From the human T2T-CHM13v2.0 reference genome, Homo sapiens, in NCBI RefSeq assembly GCF_009914755.1, contig NC_060928.1: a stretch of DNA of 64,000 nucleotides. One strand, given 5' to 3'. This document shows positions 54,256-64,000 of this stretch, in pieces. How positions within the stretch are numbered: the stretch's first letter is position 1; every line of letters starts with the position of its first letter. Made by a program: the position numbers and the translations under genes. The notes below the pieces were generated by a model. That model saw only the letters and a list, made by a program, of their open reading frames with translations, was not told the DNA's origin and ran no database searches.

Positions 54256-56239
54256 TGATCAACAAAACACTTAATTCACATTTAAACCAAAGAGATGCTA
54301 AAATGGAGGGAGTTGCAAGTAGCTTTCTTTTTGGGAAGACCTGGGCCTGTCTCTAGGTTAGATGCTAACAGTGTGGTTTGTAGCTAGACCTTAGATCCTT
54401 CTTTTTTGGCCATACAAGGTGTGAGGCATCCCGGGCCTGGTTGCACAGCCTCCTTTGAATCTCTGCTCTGTAAGGTGCTGTATTCAGTTACTTCTAATAA
54501 GCCCCTGACAGGCTGTTCCATTAAGCCAGCTTATGAGATAACGGCCTTTTGTAAGGAAAGTTTAAGTGTCCAATTCCAGTCAATTCTCATTTAATCCACT
54601 TAGTTAAACAGATAATAAACCAGAAGCTGATTGTAACCTTTAGCCAAGCACAGTCTGTGTACTTCAGTTGCCCACTTCTTGATAGGGGAGGCCCTCAAAC
54701 CCCTAGGGTGCCCTATGTTCTTCCATAACCGGGGGATGACTCATGCCTCTGTAATTTCTTTCTCTAGAGGGCTTGAGGACCTCCTGGGCAGGGGTCTAGT
54801 TACCCCTCAGATCAACAAAATAGGGCTCCTGTGTCAGCACCTACACTTCCTCTATTCCCCCCTCACTCTTCTCCATTTACTGAAGCCCCTTTCCTTCAGC
54901 AGAGTGAGAGGAATGGTTTCCATGGCTCTGTACACCGCAGGGAGCACAGTGTGGGTCCATTTCCAGCCCCAACATAATTAAAATGCAGAGAAAACAGAAC
55001 AGCTTAATGATCCTTCTGGGATGGCTGAAATGAAGCTCTACTCCTTACTCCAGTCTACCTAGTTCTCTTCTGTTTGGTTCTCTCAGGAAACAGTCTTGAA
55101 GCTTGCTGGTGCTTGGGCCACCTTTTCATAAGAACCTGGTTTCCATAAGTTTGGGTTCATTACTTAGGTATTTAGGAAAATAAAACATCTTTCATCAGAA
55201 GGGTGCTTCAGTCTGGATTCGAGCTGAAGTAGCCCTTACCTGAGGCCTTCAAACACACAAATACACACACAGACACACACACGCACGCGTGCGCACCTGT
55301 ACACATATGCATTTATGCAGGTCAAGCAAAAATCATGCACGTGTGGCTTGATAAGCTGGGAGTAGGAGGGCGTAGCTAGAGTAGGATTTGAAAAGTCTCC
55401 CTATTTACTGATATCATTATCTGCACAGTTCTAAAGGCCACTCAGGCCCCTCACATCTGTTTGGGAAAAGCTAGGGTCAAAAAATATACTTTAACCCTGG
55501 TCAAGAGGCTATTTTCTCATCTGGTCTAAGACTGGTCTCATTTTTCTACTGGCCTGAGTTTGAGAACCTCAGGCCCACTTTCTAGTTTGCACTCCTGCCT
55601 GCCTGCCTATCAGCAAGCCCCAACGCAGCAGGGGCCACCTCCATGGGCTCCTGGGGCAGTTAGAGAAAGGGTTGGCTTGGGGGTGTGACACAGCCAGAGA
55701 GGGCAGAGCACTGGGGGTCATGACCTCCCCCATCCATCCAGCAGTCTGACAACGCCTTTTCTCTCTTTTCAAATGATTGTTTTTAAAATGGAGTCTTTTC
55801 TCATGGCTTTCAATAAATATTTGGCAAATGAAAACAAAACTAAATGAAGTAAAAATCAAATAAACCTTAGCAAGTGGCATGATATCTGAAATTTTCTAGT
55901 GACGCTGACTGTATAAAACCCCTCTTGAGTAGGACAGTCCCGGGAAGTGCATAAGGCAAATAAACAACAATAGAAGCCCTCTTTCCAAATAAGCTTGGAC
56001 TGATGTGTGATTGGAAAAGTCATTAAAAGAGGAGGATCATGGAAAATCAATCTCTCTCTTACAAACATTTCTAAATTATTCTATCCACACCTCCATATGT
56101 ATAAGTACATATTCATATATGTAATCTTTAAATTAAAATATAAATGTGTTTTCATTCACTAATCCTTTGATGACAGACTAAGGTAATTTTTTTTTTTTTA
56201 GTATTGTCTGCTGATTAGAGTTCTTTTTTAAAAAACATT

Positions 56240-56720
56240 ATTTACCATGTAAGATTTCCGACATACCACATGCAATCCCATTTAAAGTGGAACCAGAAGT
56301 TAAAGACACCTGCAGCACAATCTGAGGACAGAATTCTTCTAGATTTTAAATTGTTTTCTTCAATCTTTTACATTTGCCTTGTTCACACCTAATTCAAAAG
56401 CATTTTTATTAATGACCCATTTTTACTGAGTCTTTCAAAAACATCCAATTTGGTTTTCACTGAGACAATTTTCTTTTTGAGTTCATACTTCATCAGTATG
56501 TGAGAACATTTAATTAAATCTTGCAACTTAGTAACAAGTACAACTGGCACACACAGGTTTGAGAAGAAACACAGTTGACTTTCAGAAACACACAACTCAG
56601 CTGGGAAGAGCAGGTGTGCACAGGACATGGAAATAGCCTTAGAACTGTGATTGGTCAGGGTTTTGGCATTAGTCCTATTTTATAAAAGGATTGTGAAGTG
56701 TGAGTGATTCCGGTGACTGG
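56240..56720 (-). mobile_element. TcMar-Tigger (pogo) DNA transposon remnant
   Basis: Minus-strand translation LKKKIVSVKTKLDVFERLSKNGSLIK resembles the N-terminal CENP-B/pogo helix-turn-helix. Boundaries approximate. Confidence 0.55.
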
Positions 56721-56932
56721 GTCAGGTGGAGGCTGGTTTAGAATACATAAATTATATCTATTATATATACACATATTTATTAGATGTATTACTATATTTT
56801 ACATAAATCAAAACAATATATAAGCACATATTTCTGAGGTTTTATATTTATACTACCCAGGCACTTGTATCTGTCATCAATTTCATGTTTAATAACCTAA
56901 TGTGAGTTTAAGTTCTAACATAAAAAAATTAT

Positions 56933-57220
56933 AGGCTAGGTGCAGTGGTTCATGCCTGTAATCTCAGAACTTTGGGAGACCGAGGTGGGAGGATCACTTG
57001 AGGCTAGGAGTTTGAGACCAGCCTGGGCAACATAGCAAGACTCTGTCTCTACAAAAAAATTTAAAAAAATAGCCAGTGTGGTGGTGCATACCTGTAGTCT
57101 CAGCTGCTTGGGAGGCTGAGGTGGGAGGATCACTTCAGCCCAGGAGTTCAAGGCTACAGTGAGCTATGATCACCACTGTCCTCTAGCCTGGGTGACAGAG
57201 TGAGATTCTGTCTCAAGAAA
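56933..57220 (+). mobile_element. AluJ
   Basis: GGGAGGATCACTTGAGGCTAGGAGTTTGAG and GGAGTTCAAGGCTACAGTGAGCTATGATC (J diagnostics). Short TSD AAAATTATA. Confidence 0.92.
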
Positions 57221-58641
57221 ATTATAATCTAGGTTGTCAGACATCAGGTTTTATAGGGACAATTTCCCCTTTCATATTAGAGTTCTTGAGCTATGTATCA
57301 CACAGCAGGACACCTCAGCAGGTGTGGAGGTAATGATATAAAGATGCCTGGATTAGTGAGGAAGGCAGACTAACAAAATTAGAGCTATAACTATCTAGGT
57401 GAGGTCACAAAAGGCCAAAGACAAATAGGCATGCACGAAGTGGGGACTCCTTCTTGAAGTCCTCCCAGAAGTCTCCCTTCTGGCTCCCCGACTATGCTGA
57501 TCCCATGACTGTTGGTGCACTGAATCCTGCTTGGTGTCTTGGAGTCTCTCAGCCTATAGTTATTGCTCCTATTGTTATTGCAGTCTGCAGCCTATAGTTA
57601 TTGCTCAAATGACAAAGGAAGACAGGTGAGAGGAGGCGTGAGGACATGCTCCAGTGGGAGCAGAGACTCTGGACTCGCCTTGCATGCCTAGCACAGTGCT
57701 TAGCTCACAGAAGACACTCACTACATAGTTTTTAAATAGGTGAATGGGGAAAATAGAGAGGTTATAGAAAAAAATAGTTAAATCAGACCAAAAAAATGAC
57801 ATAAAGCAGCAGCACTGATTTTCTTGAGCGGCTGATAAACTGTTTCTGCATGAAATTTCAAACAAAGAGCTCCCAGATGGTTTTGAGCAATTGCAGCCTA
57901 CATGGGTAAGTGGATAAACTTCCAAAAAGGCTACTTGAGAAGACCAACCTCAATTGGCTGATAAATTCTGCTTGTCTATTTAACAAGCAAAACTAAACTA
58001 TACGTGGTTTAGGTATACACACATATATGACAAAAACTCTGAAGTTTGTGTTTATTATTCTCCTTCTCTGTTTTAAAGAGAAGGATGGGTGAGGAAGGCA
58101 GATTCATCTGGAGGTAGGTAAGCAAAGTGCCAGGATAGGGTGGTGGATTCATGGGTGTTTATTATATAAGTATGTTTAATACCACACAGATCATGTAATT
58201 TTTATATGTATCAGCTATTATCTTAAAAATATAACAAAACAAAAACCAGTTGCACGACTTTCTAAAGCCTCCAGCAAATTCAGCTTTTTAAAACAGCTGA
58301 TTAGAGGAAAAAATGTCAGCTGACAACTATTATTATTAGGCAGGTTTGGGATGTGTGATGGACATGGAAAGACTTGTACATTCAGGAGAGAATGTGACAT
58401 GGTTGCAAGTGGCTGCCCAGCTAGAATTCTGAGGCTTTTTGTGAGAAATCACGTGGTGGGAAGCCTGAAGGAAGGAAAACCATCAGGAATACACTTCAGA
58501 ACTTGCACAGTCTTAAAGGCAAGTTTGCCTGGCAGGGTGCAAAGTTGCCAGAGAGGCCCAGAAAGCGGGAATCCTGTTAGGGATGCAGGCACTGGGACAA
58601 GCAGCCCTTTGATCCTGAACATCTGTACTGCTCCAGGAAGC

Positions 58642-59394
<753 letters not shown>

Positions 59395-62300
59395 ACCATC
59401 AAGGAGGTAGAAAAATAGACGATCCTAGATCATCACGAAAACAACGAAATAACCCCAACTATTTCTAAAAATTTTCTCTAAGCTGCCTAAGCGAAAAATC
59501 TCTCTAAAATGGCTCTCTTCTGACTGCCGTAACTGTAAACTAACAGTTTATCTTAAGGTTTTATGTGTTAAATAAGGGAAGTGTGGAGAACTATAAAAAT
59601 ATCATGATACTGTATCACAGTAATTCATACAATTTCATATATTGGTCATTAAGTTGTCTATTAAATCAAACTAAATACACTGTAGACAAAGAGATTCTGA
59701 AGTTCAGCATTCAGAGTAACTGAAATACAATGTTTGAGGTTATTTCTTTAAAAAGGTAGGCATCAGATTTTTGATCAGTTACCCTAATGTTCTATTATCG
59801 GCTGTCACCATGGGAAAATCAGATCTCTCACAGCGTTTCGACTTTGGGACCTTTTTCCAGCAATTAAACCTACTGTAAGTGGGGGAAATGCCTGTATACA
59901 GCCACTTACGCCAGGCTCAGGTTCACAAATCTTCCCATTCCCAAGGAAGGCAGCACACAGGCTCCTACTAGGAATCACAGCCAAGTTCTCAAACAGGCAT
60001 ATCTCACTAGAAGTGCTTCCTAAAAGGTGGATTGTTTTTATTCCATTGAATTAATTCTACTGAATTACAAACTTGCCATTTTCACTATAATAAGTCCCCT
60101 TTCAAAGTGTGTTGACATTTCTGGTGGTTCTGAATAGCTCAAAATGGTTTGCTGGACTCTCAGAGCTGACTTGAGAGACTACTTGGATCTGGTTGTTTTC
60201 AAAAGCTGTTGGGTGGTAGAGCCTGGGGAGCTATGCTGCACCTGATAGAAGAACACTATGACGTTATTACCAACTGCTTTCGTCTTCTGAACTAGGAGAA
60301 AACAAGGTACACAAAAGAGTTATCACAACATGCCCATGAGTTAAGCACAGCTGGCAGTTTTCCTGTTAATATTTGCTTACTTCTTGTTTCCCACCACCCC
60401 CCTCCGCCTCCGGGTGGGGAGTGCAGGGTGCTGCAAAAGATGAAGCAGCAACAAAGTTAAGAAAACACAGGACAGATGAAAACTTACAGTGAGGAAATTT
60501 TAATCTGCTTACTTTATTTTTCTTTGAATTGGGAAAAGACTGCCATAATTTGATTTTAGCAGGAAATAGTATTTCCCCAGTGTATAGTTTCAGAATGAAT
60601 GGGCCAGTCCAGCATCTCAGAGAGAGTGACATGGAAGCCCAGATGCATCTTCTGTGGATGGTCCTTTAGAGACCTGATGGAGGCTGATCCCTCCTGCCCT
60701 CCAGGAAGCATATCTGATGTGCCACTTCCTGCAACAAGTCCCGTACCTTCTTATCCTCCACGCTGTCTCCCCCTGTATTTCATCACGAAGATATGTGGCT
60801 GTATGTGTGGGACGGGGATTCTACCTGATGCAGCTGCAGCAGAGGCCCCAGGGCTCCCCAAAGAAGACCACCTGGAAGGCTTCCTGGAGGTGCAGGCCAA
60901 GAAGGAAGCTGTGAAGGATGACATCAGGTACACTATTTCTGCTCTTTTCTGAATCTTAGCCCAAGACCAGTCTGGTTGCTGGTTTAAAAAATAGTGCCAA
61001 AGGCCCACCTCACATGGTGATTTGTTTAAAGAGATAACGTTATACTTTATTTTAGAAATGCCAATAAAATTGGAGTACAGTGTGGGAGTCATATGGTGAC
61101 ACTTCTGGCTGTGATGCGTCTCTGGAAAATGCTTTTCTTATTGGGTTACAAAGAATACTTCATTCAGAGTTTAACTTGTCTGCTAATTACACAAACCTCT
61201 GTCACAGCTAATTGTCCATTTGTAGAAAAGGATGGAATCAGAAGACCAAGTCATGGCATACTTAAAAGCCTTTCAAGTTACTATCTGCCTTCCCCACCTC
61301 TTGTTCTCACTGTCACTTGGAAGAGTTCTTTAAAAATCTTTTTTTTCCATTATGCTTTTTGAGGTCCAGACTCACTGACCGTATTATAGGATTCTGTAAG
61401 TATCGGGGGAATAGTAGTGTCTTTTTTTTCATATTTTTGGGGAAGGCAAGGTGGTTAATAATATGGGATTATTTTCTGATCTATTTGAGAAAGAGGCAAG
61501 AATAAAAGAAGCTTAGTGGCCTAAAGTTCCTTTCATCCCTTTGTTTCTTAGAAGAAGAGAAGGGCAATTTGAGTTTATTTTTCTTCCAGTAGCAGACAGA
61601 TCAAATGAGGCCCCCACTTTCTCCCCTCCCCCAACACACACACAAATCACTCTCTGCCCCAATCTAAGGTTCCACTGCACCTGTTGTTGTAAATCTCCAT
61701 TGAACCGAGCCAGCATCACTATGCCTGAAATTTAAGCTCCCACTAAATGAGGCCCCTTATCTATCACTTTTCTCTATTTTCTTTTGGAGGCAGCATGAAT
61801 TAGTGTGTAGGTTAGGCATGCTTGATTCAGAGTTGGGACACAGTCCAGAGAGGGTTGCCAGTGGGCCGTGGTGAGGAGGAGAAGAGTAGAAATATTCCCC
61901 TTCTTCTCATCCCTTTCTGAGGCAAGGCTGGGCCTTGAAGGTGGATTCCAAAACAAATGCAGAAAAATCAGGGAAGCTTACAGAAAGATGTCTCCCTCTT
62001 GAAACTCACTTAGGCTCAAAGCACATTCAAGTAGCATTGCAAGCAGGGTTAGGATCTGGAAGAAGTAGGACAGGAAGCAGCAGCTCTCTCTGTTTCCCTG
62101 ACCCCGAGAACAGGGCTAGACTTCCTGCTGGGGTACAGAGGCTGCTGTCTGCAGCCTTCTAGGTGCTTCTTACCCGGCCCGACCCCAGTCCAGACTTAGG
62201 CCCCCATGGAGATGCTCACTCATTTCCTTCAGCCTTTGGCAGAGATAACTAAGATGAATCACATTGTCTACAGGGAGATTTAAACTCTTAACAAAACTGA

Positions 62301-62640
62301 GTTATCACAAAGCTTTAGGGCTTCTAGGCTTTCACTTGTTTCTGTGCAGGGACAATTTCAAGCCCACAGCTGTTTTCATAGTTACTATGTCCACCATGTT
62401 CATGTAGGATGGGTTTGAGAGAGTGGGGCTTGGGCTCAGAGTGTAGCTCTTTCCTTCTGCAGGATGGGGATGGGGAGAGTTAAAGAACTGGTGAACTACA
62501 GCCGGCTCCATGATCTGAAGGCAGAATATGCACTGGACAGCTGAGAAGGTCTTAGCTTCTCATTTCCCAGAAACAGCAAGGGATTTGAGAGTTAGTTTAG
62601 AAATAAAAACTCTAAAGTAGTTAGAATTTCTTTTGGGCCC

Positions 62641-62994
62641 TGCTTTGACTTGAATGTGTCCCCCAAAAGTTCATGTGTTAGAAACTTAATTTCCAATGCA
62701 ACAACATTGGGAGGTGGGGTCTCATGGGTCATGAGGGAGGAGCCCTCGGAGTGGGTTAATTATCATGGGAATAGGTTGTCATAAAGCAAGTCTGAAGCTA
62801 AGTGTCTCTGTCTTGTGTGCTTGCTTTCTCCTGCTGTGGGATGGTCTTGCCAGATGTTGGTGACATGCCTTTGGAATTTCCAGTCTCCAGAACCATAAAT
62901 GGAATTTCCAGTCTTCAGAACCATACACTTCTATTGTTTATAATTTACCTAGTCTGTGATATTCTGCTATAGCAACACAAAGTGGACTAAGACC
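62641..62994 (+). mobile_element. MaLR LTR (MSTC/MSTD-like)
   Basis: TGCTTTGACTTGAATGTGTCCCCCAAAAGTTCATGTGTTAGAAACTTAAT...GCTATAGCAACACAAAGTGGACTAAGAC. Confidence 0.8.
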
Positions 62995-63789
62995 GAAAAA
63001 AATGAAAGAAAAAATGATCAACCTAGATGGACCAAGTTGGTAACATTTAAGTTCTCTTTTCCCACACTAGCATACAACCTCCTTCATTACTGCATCAAGT
63101 GCTTGCCTCTCTCCCAGTGGGAAAAAAAATGTGCAAATTGTTCAGGACCAGCCTTAATGAACAGCCATGTGTTGCCCCCCAAGTTGCCACAATGGTTTCA
63201 CTGTGAGCTCATAAAAAGAGACAGGTCTCAGGCCTGCAACCAGTTTGGCATCTCATGTAGGGTCAAGCATCCAGGAGGTGGTCAATAAATGTAACATGTG
63301 GCTAGATTCAAAACACATAATTATTCTGGAAAAAATTTTTATGGAAATTGTTGGCTGTGGCTTCAGGGCTCTACATTTCCAGAGGCAGGCTGTGGCTGTC
63401 TGGTTTGTTTGTTGTGAAAAGCCTTGGGGCCCAATTTAGGCAGGAAGCCTCTAGGAATTGCAGCTCCTAGAAATGCACCTCCAGGGCCTTCTGCAAAGCT
63501 TCACATAGTCATAGTCAGCATGTACTGAGCTCTTACTGGGTTTTCAGCACATCACCTGTATTATCTGATTGCACTTTGCAAAATTTATGTTAAAAAAGGT
63601 TGGAGAAATGCACAAGGATATAAGTTCCAAGGAAGTTCATGGCAATATTATTTATAATAGTGAAAAACTGGAATTAAATATCCATTAATAGGAGGATACA
63701 AATCAATGTGTTTGATTTATTGATAAAAGAAGATGACCACGCTAGATTAAGCGACAAGAGTTGGTTGCTGAAGAGTATGAATGGACATT

Positions 63790-63991
63790 ATTGTCCCATA
63801 GAACTGTCTGCAATGATGAAAATAGTCTATACCTGTGTGGTCCTATACAGTAGCCGCTAGCTACTTATGGCCACTGAGCACTTGAAATGTGGCCAGTGTG
63901 ACAGGGGATCTCAATTTTAAATTGTATTTAACTTTACTAAATCTAAATAGCCACATGTGGCTAGTGGTTACTGTGTTGCATTGCACAGCAG
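63790..63991. mobile_element. MER3-like hAT-Charlie MITE
   Basis: ATAGAACTGTCTGCAATGATGAAAAT...GAGCACTTGAAATGTGGCCAGTG...AATAGCCACATGTGGCTAGTGG. Confidence 0.8.
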
Positions 63992-64000
63992 TAGAATGTA

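Noticed and set aside
56389-56628. Domesticated transposase (TIGD/JRK-like) gene
   Set aside because: Only a short degenerate helix-turn-helix segment followed by a stop; no DDE domain visible.
62873-62925. Direct repeat GGAATTTCCAGTCT(C/T)CAGAACCATA x2, also NF-kB-like
   Set aside because: A simple tandem duplication inside an MST LTR; two adjacent copies with no unique spacers, so not CRISPR-like.

Overview
Human intronic DNA, not microbial: the repeat content is primate Alu/L1PA/MaLR and includes a human-specific AluYb8. The window holds the 3' end of SCFD2 (Sec1/Munc18-family protein, chr4q12; identified from recall of the protein, no search run) on the minus strand. Four coding exons (49602-49747, 36335-36469, 14625-14744, 2848-2940; probably exons 6-9) splice in frame into ...WDSSINLTFHK...HTHQ/ASYKPLLKQ...FSMFMK/VSRPHPSDY...KPGTQ/VIVLSTRLL...PDLGF*, followed by a ~1 kb 3'UTR with two AATAAA signals. 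The rest is intron filled with retroelements and DNA-transposon fossils, including a full-length L1PA3/4-like LINE with an intact ORF1. Almost all ORFs in the supplied track are spurious or repeat-derived. I see no new gene system, tRNA, rRNA or CRISPR array. The best leads are regulatory: a GC-AG intron; exons whose first bases rebuild a 5' splice site after splicing; an inverted AluYb8/AluS pair around a frame-preserving exon; an unannotated-looking 335-bp TSD-flanked retroposed fragment; and an MLT2A LTR with a perfect DUX4 site. Subfamily names come from remembered consensus sequences and need Dfam/RepeatMasker confirmation.
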